Source: Azolla caroliniana
Taxonomy: Eukaryota > Plantae > Polypodiophyta
Length of the DNA stretch: 64,000 nucleotides
Assembly (NCBI GenBank): GCA_043228905.1
Contig: JBHGNT010000008.1
Location: 11,532,001 to 11,596,000 of the forward strand
Reading direction: 5' to 3'
Both the position numbers and the translations under genes were made by a program. Numbering within the stretch: the first letter of the stretch is position 1; each line of letters starts with the position of its first letter. Below, one piece after another: positions 37,202-49,084 of the stretch. The notes below the pieces were generated by a model. The model was not told the origin of the DNA. It saw nothing but the letters and a program-made list of their open reading frames with translations, and made no database searches.

Positions 37202-37856
37202 AAAACGGATCCGACATGCTGATGAAAGTGCTACCAGCAGAGAAGTTGAATGCATGCCGAGAAAAGGTCGGATTGACAAAGCACCCCATACCAGAGTGAA
37301 GGGGGAGTTTGTTGGGAAACAGGTCCCTCTAGATGGGAAGAGCAGGAGTCGGATAGGATGAAGTCAATAGGCAACTTGACCGAGGCCGAAAAATCAAACA
37401 AGAACCGATTCGGTCGAATCCAATTAGGCTATATTTGTAAAAAGCTCACATGTCCCCATTGAAGCTATATTTGTAAATAATCATTTAAGTCTATAAGTAT
37501 AAATATAGTTAGGGCAAGTAGGTAAGTGATGTTAATGATCATTGTGAAAAATATATAGTTGGTTGTTGCCACTGTAACTGAGTGAGAGAGAGTGAGAATT
37601 GTAACTCTATCGTCGTCTATTAGTCGAAGATGAACTCCAGATTGGTACCTATGAATCTCCTTGTATTCCTCTCTCTATATAGTAATTTGTTTCTTGGGGT
37701 TTGTGTATCCCCGTGGTTTTTCCCTTTTTGGTTTTGCACATAAAAACACCTGTGTCTCTGTATTTCTATTCTCGGTTGTTTGTGTGTTGTCATTCACGAT
37801 CTTTGCACCCATATTCGTATACGAGCTAACCGGTTGTGGCTGGTCAATTCTCAACA

Positions 37857-39556
37857 TCATATTGGTGGATAATGTTGCCATCCTTGTTGTTTCCATTACT
37901 GATTTTTTCTAGTGCAATAATCAATTGTTGATTGTTTTCTTATAAATCCTTCTAGGAATCGGCATCTTTGTTCAACCCTTTTCCGTATCTATCCAATTGA
38001 CGTCTCATCTGTGATTGAATGTTCACATCAGTCAAGTCGTCTTTTGTTTTCTCTCCTCTAACTTGGATGTTTATGTTGTTATCAACAATTCCTTCTTGTT
38101 TTTGCAACTCGATTTTCTTAAAGGAGTTGTATTCTGGTTTCGATTCAATTATTGATGTTGTTACTATTACGACAGTTTGCTACGATGATTCAAGTTTCCT
38201 TGCCGGCGATTCTTGGGTACTTTCGCGAGTGGTAGTTTCCTCCTGCCATTTGACTTGTGGCATGTGTAATAATCGTTGTTTCTTGAGTTGTGTTTGCATT
38301 GGTGGGGTTCTAATTGTCTTTGGAGGCTTCCTTTCCTATATGGCCAGTCGTGGTGGGTACAACACATATAACCATTGAGAGACCACAGCTAGAATCGTCT
38401 TTCTCACTTGTAATGCGAGGATGCCTACCTTGAGAGAAATGCGTGTCAGAAACCCGCAGTAGACTTTCTCGCCTTCATATGTGGTGATTATAAATCCTGC
38501 TTTGGTCTTTGGCATAGCATTGGTTTGCGGATGCACACATCCGATTTCTAGCAAAAATTTAGCCACTTCTCCAAATAACTAATTAGGATCATCCTGTGTC
38601 CTGTATGCTTTTGTTGTGGAGGAGTACTCCTTGAAATAGGATTCGAGTAACTCAACATCGAGAACATCTATTTATCGTCCTCCTTCATTATTAAGCCCTA
38701 ATATCCCCCAAACCTCAGCATTACTGAGGCGGTCTAGGCTGACGACATTCATGCCTACTTCAAGTGCATGTGCATGAGGAGGAGCCTCTGCAATCTTGAT
38801 GTATCCTCCTAGGACCTTCTCCTACAACCAAGGCCTTAACTAGGATGTAATTTCCATTCACATATTGACTTGTTCACTTGATGACCGCCTATAACGATTA
38901 TCATCTTTTGTGTTCTGGATCGTTGCATGGTCGTCCCTTTTGTGTATGCCTTTAGTGGTTTGCTATGAAAAGGTTTCAGCCATATATAGAATTCTTTTCG
39001 CCATTGTTTTTTAATTGCCACTCATCGGAACATGATGGTACTTTTCTTTCTTTCTTGAAAACTGTGCATCGAGTAATTGTGAGGTAGCCTTTAAATAGAC
39101 ATTACCTCTATATTTGCCAAGATTGCATGCTTCTTTTTCCAAGAATACTATAATTGAAAATAATGGGTATATACATTTATAGAACATGGATTTTACAGAA
39201 TTGACCTTTTCGGCTCAAGTTGGATGAAGTTCTCCTCTTGAGGTTGATTATGTCGGAACTTTTCCAGCCACTCGAAATTCATCCATTATTGGTGTGTCAG
39301 CGGTAGCATCTTCTTTTTCCTCTTTTTGGCTTGAACAGATTATGTGGGGTCGGCCCTACATAAGGTTTAAGTCGAAATCCGTTTACCCATTTTGGCAAGA
39401 CATCCCCAACTAGCATACCTAATTCATATGTTCCATCAATGATCGAATATGGGCCTACCCTTCGAAACCTTAACTTCCCCAACGTTAGGCCCATTTCCGT
39501 TTGGAAGGCTAACATTGGCTTGCCGATTGCAAATATTTTTTCGTTCTTTTGCCGAT
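37857..39556 (-). pseudogene. Old Gypsy remnant related to element G: integrase C-terminus plus extra-ORF homolog
   Basis: HRQKNEKIFAIGKPMLAFQT..GKLRFR..GPY..KWVNGFRLKPY, followed by YFKEY..AYRTQ..LFGEVA..MPKTKAGFIITTYEGEKV. Confidence 0.85.
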
Positions 39557-40740
39557 GGGTGGAAGCACGCTACGGTGTACTAGAAAAGTACTATTTTTTG
39601 CCATAAAAAATGTGAGTTCTTTCGATACTGTTAGTACTAAATAATTGGAAGAAAAAAAAAGATTTTGGGGAGTGGGGTCAGTGTAGTACAAGTGACATTT
39701 AAGGCAAGGAGTGGGGGGAACACGTGAGGAGATGTTCTTTCCATTTTGGGGGCTATTTTCCCCTCACGTGGGTTTGAATGCTTTTTTGGCGCTTCCCCTC
39801 AAACCAACTCCTCTCCCCCTAAGTTCGTTTGAGCTCTGCATCTCAGAAATCCATGTTAGGTTTAGGGTAGTCCTCCTATCTTGGAGTTTTTATTACACAT
39901 GTATATCGTTAGAGTGCATAAACCCTATCTCAGATATTTGGGTGCTTCAACTCTAAACATATTTTAACACAAGGGTTGAGGCTTAGAGATCAATCTGAGG
40001 CCTCTTATAACATCCATCAGTGGCTTCTTCCAGAACAATTTCAGTTTTCATCTTGCGGTGATTTGAGGTTTATTCCACTGAGTCGAGGATCGTGCAACCG
40101 ATTGGAGGCATCCTCCATCGATTTGAGGGTTTGTCCACCAATTTGAGGCACAATACCACATTCATCTTCGTCACTTCTTCCACTCATTTGAAACTTCCGC
40201 CAATGTTTTTGCCAATGTTTTTGGAAGTGTTCCAATACTTTTTTGAGGCTTCAGAAATCATTGATTTCATTAGTAAGTGTTAATATTCGAACTCTTGACA
40301 TGACCATTGACATAACCCAATTATAATCAAGTATTATGGGTTAACCAACATATCTAGTATACAATTATGTATATAATTGTCCTTGTTGTTTTGGCTAGCA
40401 TCATGTGCATAGTTGCTCTTGTAGTCTTTACACTTGGCACATGCATGCATACATACATGCTCTATTGTAGATTCACATGCGTGCAACAAGTATGCATATC
40501 GTGTAGTATAAATAGTTGAGTTCATCTTGAAGGAATTCAAGGTGAACAACACCAGTTACAGAGTCTTTCAGTTAATATTATTCATCCATTTGGTTATCTT
40601 CTTTCTTGTCTCTTGAGCTTATGATCTATAAGTGATAGTAAGCACCCCTTTTCTTAATTTTTACATTTTCAGAATTCTATAGTCTCATTCTCATGAATCT
40701 AATTTTTCATTTTTCGTACTAAATTTTTTCATTTTCATAA
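39557..40740 (+). mobile_element. Terminal fragment (third copy) of the Sola2-like transposon
   Basis: Begins GGGTGGAAGCACGCTACGG and is an inverted homolog of ~33965-34639. It interrupts the Gypsy integrase. Confidence 0.85.
40278..40637 (+). repeat. Chromovirus solo LTR, TSD GTAAG
   Basis: GTAAG at 40273-40277 and 40638-40642. Inverted homolog of 22889-23239. Confidence 0.88.
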
Positions 40741-40815
40741 GCCATAACTATGTCTGACTCAACGAGTGATTTAAGCCAGATAATGGTAGCCTTACCACAA
40801 CTCCAGCTTGAAAAT

Positions 40816-43800
40816 TGTAGAAAATAACGTGCGGAAGCAAGTATGAAGACGGAACAGAAGGAAGGAAGCTCAGGTTCAATGGAGAGCTTGGGCTTACGCA
40901 GTATACGCGGGAGAGACAGAGAGAGAGTGAGAGAGAGAACATAAGAAATTATATTCAACAATAATACTCAGTCTGTACATACGACGTGCTCAGTGAACAC
41001 TTTTATACAAGCCCTAAAAGGACTGACTGAAGTACTGACAGTACTTCAATGCTCATCAAGAGCTCCTACACTAACTCCCAAATATATTCCTCACGGAATA
41101 TCTTTCCCAACGACCTCCCGGTTTATGTACTCGGCCTAACCGATCGGTCCCAACCGATCCGGTCGTCGGCTTCTTCAGCCAATCCGACACTCGGCTTCTT
41201 CAGCCGATCTGGCCGAAGTTGAGCTTGTCTCTCAACACTCCCCCTCAAGCTCAACTCGAGGCTCTTCGGGATCCTCGGGCTCACAGCTCCGGTTCCTCCT
41301 GGCTTCATTCCTCGCTCGCGCTCCTCGACCTGTTCGACTCCGCACGCTTCGACCCTTCCGGTCAGCTTGTCTGCTCATGTGGCCCACATCAGCTCTTCTA
41401 TTGTTGCGGTGTTGACGCTTCTTCTGCTGCCTTTTCTTCCGCTTGGGCCTTGGTTGATTCAGCGTGTCTCAATCAAACATCCGAACCGATTCGGCTACCT
41501 CCGATCGGTCTTCGCTCTCGTCTGAGTTGGCTGTCTCCAACTCGTCTTCGGTCTTCTCGCCCTCGATGGCGTCATCCTCCTCATGCGTGGTTGGCTTCGA
41601 CTCTCTCCTTCGGTTGCTCCCCTTCTGTCCGCTTCCGAACTTTTCCGTGGGTCCGCCCTCGGCTTCTTCAACCGATCCGAAGTCGAACTCGACAACCGAC
41701 TCGGTGTCGCGGTCTCCGCTCCTTTCCTGCTACCTTGCTTGGTCGTTCGGGACTGTTCTCCCCCTCAAGTTCGGCACATCGAGGTGACGCAATCGGAGCG
41801 CACTTGAGAATTGCCGCAACTTGTCCAGACCAAAAGGCTTGGTGAAGATGTTGGCAGTCTGCCGATTCGTCGGAACGTACTGAAGTTCAACTTCACCGGG
41901 AAGGACACGCTCACGGACGAAATGGTAGTGCACCTCAATGTGCTTGGTCCATGCGTGGAAAACGGGGTTCTTCGCGAGCTGGATGCTGCTGAGGTTGTCG
42001 AAGCAGTAGATCGTCGTCGGATCTGACACCTCCTCTTGTAGGTCCTTAAGTAGCCGCTTCAACCATATGGCTTCGCAGGTCGCGATAGCTGCTCCTCGGT
42101 ACTCAACTTCGGTGCTCGATAGTGCAACTGTCGGCTGCTTCTTACTGTTCCACGTGATCGCGGCATTCCCGAGGGAGAACGCGTATCCGAACGTGGATCG
42201 ACGATCGGCGGCGTTGCCAGCCCAATCAGCATCGGTGTAGCCGACTAACTGAGCGGCTGCACCGGTCCGATATAACAGTCCGTGGTCCTTAGTGCCGCTT
42301 ACGTACCGAAGTACGCGTTGCGCACACTGAAGGTGCTCCTCGGTAGGTCGCGCCATGAACTAACTGATCACTTCGACCGGATAACTGAGGTCGGGTCGGG
42401 TGATGGTCAAGTATATGAGGCTTCCGACAATTTGTCGGAACCTCATTGGGTCGCATGCCTTTTCCGTATCGGGACGAAGCTTGACGGTTCTGTCCAGAGG
42501 AGTCGAGACGGTCTTACAATCGGCCATCCTGAATTTGAAGAGCATACTCAGCACGTAATGACGTTGGCTGATTAATATGCCTTCGGGGGTACGGATCACT
42601 TCGATCCCGAGGCAGTAATGAAGGTCCCCCAGATCCTTCGTGTCGAACGATGCCGCAAGCTGGAGCTTCACGCGGTCGATTTCACCTAGGTCGGCGCTGG
42701 TGATGACCAAGTCATCAACATACAGTAAAATACTAACCGGTCCGAGTCGACCTTTCCGGATGAACAGGGAAGAGTCCGATTTTGACATGACGAAGCCCAA
42801 CCGACGCAGTTGTTTCGTGATCTTCGCGTTCCAGGCACGCGGGGCTTGCTTCAGTCCGTAAAGGGACTTCTTCAGTCGGCATATTTCCGAGGAGTTCGTT
42901 CCACAGTGAAATCCGGGGGGCTGTACCATGTACACCTGTTCCTCAAGGTCACCTTGCAGGAACGCATTCTTTACATCCATCTGATGTAGGTGCCACCCCT
43001 TGGCCGCGGCTACTACGAGCAAAACACGGACGGTCGTCATTTTCGCGACCGGCGCAAACGTCTCATCGTAGTCAATGCCGTGTTTCTGCGCGTAGCCCTT
43101 TGCCACTAGCCGAGCCTTGTACCGGTTGACCGAGCCATCGATGTTGTACTTGACCTTGTACACCCACCTACACCCGATCGGCTTCACACCCTTCGGTGCG
43201 TCAACCAAGTCCCAAGTCTCATTCTCCGCCAATGCGTGCATCTCTTCCTCCATCGCGGCACGCCAATTCGCGTCTTTCGCCACTTCTGCATAGCTCTCCA
43301 GCTCACGCACTTCCGCTACACGGGTCATGTACGCATAATGATGCGCCATGTACTCGTTGTATCCAAACCACACAACTGGGTTCTTTTGGTGGGTAGATCG
43401 GCGTAATCTCACATTAGCCTATGTCGAGGCCTTCTCAGACGACGCGGTCTTCACCTTTAAAGACTTGTCACCGGTTCCCTCGGAGTCGGACTTGCGTCGG
43501 TCTGACTCGTTCCTTTCCGTGCCGGAATCCGACACCTTCTTCTTCCCTTTCTCTTTGCGCGTAAGCTGTCTCCTCGGCTTCCTGCGCGGGGAATGCACGG
43601 CCGAGTCTCCACTACTCGCTGGCTCTTCATCGGACTGGTCGTACCGACTCAGTTGTCCAATCGGTCCACTTAACCGGAGTGAAATCAGACTCTCTTCGCG
43701 GCTCTCGATTTCGGGCTCATCCGGAGGCATCTCGGCCTCGCTGACCTCATCATCAGAGCTCGTATTGGAGTCGGGGTTCCGAGTCAGGGGTAGGTACCAG

Positions 43801-46528
43801 GACGCGGACTCGTCAAACACAACGTTGCGGCTGACACGCGCTTGTTTGGTGCGAGGGTTATAGTACTTATAACCCTTCTACTCGTCCGAGTAACCAACCA
43901 AGATGCACTTCTCGGCCTTTGTGTCCAGCTTCCTCCTTTTCTCCTTCGGTACATGCACATACACAATGCTACCGAACACCCTCAAGTGTCGCAAGTTCGG
44001 CTTCGTTCCGAAATATAGCTCATGCGCTGACACTTTGTCTCCAATCCGGTTCTGGATGTATACCGCGGTCCTTACCGCCTCGGCCCAATAGAACTTGGGC
44101 AAGCTCTTCTCCTCCAACATTGCCTGTGCCGCTTCCACAACTGACCGATTCTTCTGCTCGGCCACGCCGTTCTGCTCTGGCGTGTATCTACAACTGAATT
44201 CGCGCCGAATTCCCATTTGTTGTAGATAACCGTTGAATTGACCGGAAAAGTACTCTTTCCCGCCATCCGACCGCAGACACTTGATCTTTCATCCCGTTTC
44301 CGTTTCCATGAACCCTTTGAGATCCCGGAAACAGTCGAAGACTTCACTCTTCCTCTCAATGAGGTAGATCCACGTGTGCCGCGTGTGGTCGTCGATGAAG
44401 GAGACGAAATATCGGCTCCCGCCAAGACTAACGTTTTTTGCCGGCCCCCACACATCGGAGTGTATAAGGTCGAGTTTGTTCCGGCTCCGGTTTCGCTCGT
44501 TGGGGAAGGGAAGTCGGTGTTGCTTCCCGAGCTGGCAGGCTTCACAAATTTGTGCCTTTCGGCCACTAAATTTGGGCAATCCGAACACTACCTGTTCCGA
44601 TTGCAGATCTTGAAGCCGTTGGTGGTTGACGTGGCCTATCCGCTTGTGCCACAAGTCGATGTCCGACTCGGTCTTTTGTCCCTTCGCGAACATTGCGGTG
44701 CCGCCGTCAATGGAGTCGAGGATGAACATCCTCCCATCTCTGCGCCCTTGCGCAATCACACGACCTTCTTCCTCAATGAAGCACCCGAGGTGTCTAAACC
44801 GAACCTCCATCCCTTGGTCGACGATCTGTCCGACCGAGACCAAGTTCTTCGTGATTGTCGGAACGTGCAGCAGTTCATGAGTTTCCCTTTCTGCCCGACA
44901 TGGCTAAGGGGAACTTCTCCGACATTCGCGATCGGATGCGGAGTGTCGTCTCCTGTTGCGACTACTCCAGGTTGTATCGATTTTTCAAGGTACGAGAACC
45001 ACTCCTTATGGCTCATCATGTGGTTTGACGCGCTGGAGTCTACGTACCACACCTCATCTGATCTCGGGGTGCTCTGTTTCATTGAGTTTGCTTCGTGTCT
45101 CGTCACGAAGACAGACCCTTCTCCAGCTCTCCCGGAGTCTTTGGCGTAGTGCGATTGCTGCCGATTTCCCTTGTGGGTATGTCCGGAGCCGTTTCCGGAA
45201 CCGGTTCTCTCCGAATCGGCGCGCTTCTTCCAGCACTCACTTTCCCTGTGGCCTTTCTTGCCACAGTACCAGCACTCCGCGATGGCCTTCCCTTGCCGGT
45301 TCTCATCGCTTCGACTCCCCCTGTTTCCGGAGGGTCCGGAGTTGCTGTCGGCATCACTTCGGTGCCTTCTTCCTTGATCACGTCGGCCGCCTCCATTGCG
45401 TGCCGACTCGCCTCGTCCGCCACGACCACGGGGCCTTTCTCCCTCCGTGTACAACATCTTGTTGTCGGTGTGCGTGCTCGTCGACGCACCCGCGTGGTTC
45501 TCCTCTACCAGGAGCATCGACTGTAAGTCGAAAAAGGATGACGTATTCTCCCGGGTACACACAGCCATTCGGAACGCTCCGAACTCGACGCCAAACCTCC
45601 GAGACAGATCTGGACCATCTCACTCTCCTCGATGTTCACCTTTATGGAAGTGAGGGAGTCGCAGATATCCTTGATCTTCGAGGAATAGTCCGCCACCGAC
45701 AAGTCACGTTGTCGTAGGTTGCTCAACTCCTGTCGGAGCTGGAGCTTCCTAGCTGTGGTGCTCGCGGCGAAAATCTTCTTCAGATTTTCCCACGCACCCT
45801 TCGGCGTATTTGCATCCCGAACATAGCTCAATAGCTGTTCGCCCACACACGATGCGAAGCAGTATAGTACCCTGCTTGCTGATTGCTCCCACGACGGGAA
45901 GTCTCTGTGTGTCGATTCGGGTGCCGCGTCATTTGCTCCTTCGACATAACTCCAGTAGCCGTGCTCGAGCAGGTACTGGTGCATCTTGTAGGACCAAGAC
46001 GCGTAGTTGGTTCTATCGAGCTTCTCTATTGGAAGCGAGCTCGCCATGCCTCTATCCATCGTTCTTCTCGTTCTTCTTCGTCAAGCTGTGTCGGCTGTAG
46101 AGAGGTTCTCAACCCTCGCGCTCTGATACCATGTAGAAAATAACGTGCGGAAGCAAGTATGAAGACGGAACAAAAGAAAGAAAGCTCAGGTTCAATGGAG
46201 AGCTTGGGCTTACTCAGTATACGCGGGAGAGACAGAGAGAGAGTGAAAGAGAGAACACAAGAAATTATATTCAACAATAATACTCAGTCTGTACATACGA
46301 CGTGCTCAGTGAACACTTTTATACAAGCCCTAGAAGGATTGACCGAAGTACTGACAGTACTTCAATGCTCATCAAGAGCTCCTACACTAACTCCCAAATA
46401 TATTCCTCACGTAATATCTTTCCTAACGACCTCCCGGTTTATGTACTCGGCCTAACCGATCGGTCCCAACCGATCTGGTCCTCGGCTTCTTCAGCCGATC
46501 CGGCCGAAGTTGAGCTTGTCTCTCAACA
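40816..46528 (-). mobile_element. Copia element E, full length, moderately decayed, TSD AAAAT
   Basis: LTRs 46132-46528 and 40816-41237. AAAAT at 40811-40815 and 46529-46533. iMet PBS at 46120-46131. PPT at 41238-41250. Confidence 0.96.
41730..46059 (-). pseudogene. Copia gag-pol of element E (several stops and frameshifts)
   Basis: MASSLPIEKLDRTNYASW, CWYCGKKGHRESEC, WYVDSSASNHM, IHSDVWGP, LYVDDL, YTDADWAG and KHIEVHYHF. Confidence 0.93.
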
Positions 46529-47484
46529 AAAATGAAGCTCTTACAAGAACTTCAAGTCGGTACCTCCCTATCCTCACAACCCCCGAAGCCTAGTCTCCCA
46601 CTGCAACCTAGCCTAGACCCCGATCTTCTACCAACATCTGGCGGAGCTTCTTCGCATTTTCTTGAGCCTAAGGTTAGCTTTCCAAAAAAATTTGATGGAA
46701 CGAGGTCGCATTTCCGAGGGTTCATCAACCAAATTCGACTTATAATTTGGCTACAACCTCAACGTTATGCAAATGGTCTTCGACAAGTTAGCCTTGTGGG
46801 CACCCTTCTCTCTGGTCCAGCCCAAGCTTGGTTTGCACCATTGGTAGAAACTTTGTCACCTCTATTGGATTACTTTCCCGCCTTCCTCGCCGAGTTAGAC
46901 GCCACATTTGGAGAGACAGACCAACGATGTACAACCCTTAACAAGATTTATGCACTCGAACAAGGTTTGTGTGCAACTTTTGTCTATGCTTCAGAATTTC
47001 GACAACTAGCATGTGACGTCAATTGGGATTATCAAGCTTTAGCTTATCACTTTCGGCAGGGTCTTCGAAGTAATGTCAAGATTCGAACTCTTGAACTTTT
47101 CGGAGCCCACCTCGTTATCCCATGCGATTTCACAAGCAGTCCATTGTGACAATCGTCTTTTAGAATTTCTCTAGGAAGAGCACCGGACTTGGGTTCCACC
47201 TCATTCACTTCCATGACACGCCCCGGTCATACATCCCCAGGTATCCCTCCCACCGACTACGTCACGCTCCCCTACTTTGGCAAATGCTCCCGTCCCCATG
47301 GAAATTGATCAAGCCCAATTTCGGCCCTTCACTGATGCCTTTGGTCATGTCGTTTGCCATTGTCCTAGGAGTAATTGCCCACAATTCCATCGAGCTAACG
47401 AACCCCAACATCCGGAAAACGACATCGTTCGGTTGCAGTAGGAGCCATACAACTGGACATCTCCAGTTACCCACATTCTCTTGG

Positions 47485-47640
47485 TGTCATGAAGACAACA
47501 TTTTGGTTATCAAGAATCGAACCCACGACTTCTTGGTCTATGTGTTGAACCCTTAACCATTGTAATAACATATATGTTGTGTGATTATAATAATTATGTT
47601 TCTAGTTATTAGAAGATATTAGAATATTCTAGAACATCTA
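47485..47640. repeat. Possible truncated LTR fragment between chromovirus gag and protease
   Basis: AT-rich non-coding block starting TGTCATGAAGACAAC..AAGAATCGAAC, loosely like the start of LTR 36702. No TSD seen. Confidence 0.4.
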
Positions 47641-49037
47641 CAGGTCATCGAGTCCTAGCCTCTGCCCTCCTAGATTCTGGAGCCAATTCTTGTTTAATGC
47701 ATCGTGAGTTTGCATTGACCCAAAACATCATCTTGAACAAGCTCCCGAACCTAGTAGTTGTAGGAGTCATCGATGGTCGCCCTATAGCATCAGGTGATAT
47801 AGTCGAGGAGTCTGAATCAATTCGTGTAGTCCTAGGTAATTTGGCTAGTATCATCTCATTCAACATCATTAGTAGTCTAGAGCACTCTCTAGTTCTTGGT
47901 CTTCCTTGGTTTGAGTTACATAACCTAACTATTGATTGGAGAAAAAGAACTATTGAAGAGGTCATAGTACAGTCCGAGTCTCTTGAAACTCCAACAAAGG
48001 ATCTAGGATCCCATAGGATTTCAACAATCCCTATACATCAGTTACAAGAGGATGGAAGGAAGGAAGACATGATGGTGTTTGCGGTTTTAGCAACTCCCTC
48101 ATCTAGGTCACAAGAATTGGGGGTCCAATTACCAAAGAAGTACATAGAATTCTCCGATGTGTTCGATAACGTGAAGGCTAATAGATTACTAGAGCATTGA
48201 CCCTATGATTGCTCGATTGATTTGCAGCCAGGAAAAGAGCCTCCATGGGGGCCAATTTATAACCTTTTGCCCACGGAGTTAGAGGTTCTTCGAGAATATA
48301 TAGATGAGAACCTGGCAAATGGTTTTATCCAACATTCAAGATCTTCTATTGGTGCACCCATCTTTTTCGTTAAGAAGAAAGATGGTACGCTTCGTATGGT
48401 CGTGGATTATCGGGGCTTGAATAAAGTGACTATTAGAAACCGATATGCTCTACCATTGATCTCAAGCCTTCTAGAACGCCTCAATGGAGCAAAGTATTTC
48501 ACGAAGTTAGATCTTCGAGGTGCCTACAACCTTGTTCGAATTCGTCGTGGGGATGAATAGAAGACCGCATTCCGCACTCGCTATAGTCATTTTGAATATA
48601 CAATGATGCCATTGTTACCAGCCGGCAAGGAGTCCAAAATACGGAGTGAAGGAATTAATTAAGTATGGTTGTAAATAAGCATAGTGTGGACGGACGGACT
48701 GGAAACGGTATGCCGTTCCAGATCCGGACGGATCCCGAATAGGTGCGATAGGCACCGTTTTGTACTACGGGCCGGAAACCTATTTAAAGGCCCGGACCCC
48801 ATTGTAATCGCAGCGGATAATTAATAGAGCGTATGGTGTTTATACTTCTGTGTTGATTTCCGTTCTGTAATTACTGTTATATCTTACGCGTGTAATTAAC
48901 AAAAGCGCTCTAATCGTGTAACCTACGTAAGTCGGTGTAATCGTTGAGTCATAATCCTATGCCGTAATCACCCTTTGGTGAAGTGTCTCCGCGACACCTT
49001 GTGTTAGGCCTTGTCCGCTCAGAGAACAACACAGTTT

Positions 49038-49047
49038 TGGCGACCAC
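49038..49047 (+). promoter_or_regulatory. Short PBS, probably tRNA-Arg
   Basis: TGGCGACCAC, 6 nt after the LTR. tRNA identity is from memory and only 10 nt match. Confidence 0.55.
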
Positions 49048-49084
49048 GATTCCTGCTTTCTCGCAGCGAACGACGGCTTAATGG

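Larger units (their letters stand above)
35339..37856 (+). mobile_element. Internally deleted Tnt1-like Copia remnant (gag fragment, RNase H, PPT, 3' LTR 37310-37856)
   Basis: MQDHLIVKG; IIWMKEFI..LYCDNQSVIHLAKN; NGSDMLMK; GAAGGGGGAG then TGTTGGGAAAC...TCAACA. Confidence 0.85.

Noticed and set aside
34430-39800. A single transposon with TIRs at 34.6 and 39.6 kb enclosing the middle segment
   Set aside because: Homology extends outward rather than inward, and the right copy interrupts the integrase on its left. These are the ends of two separate copies.
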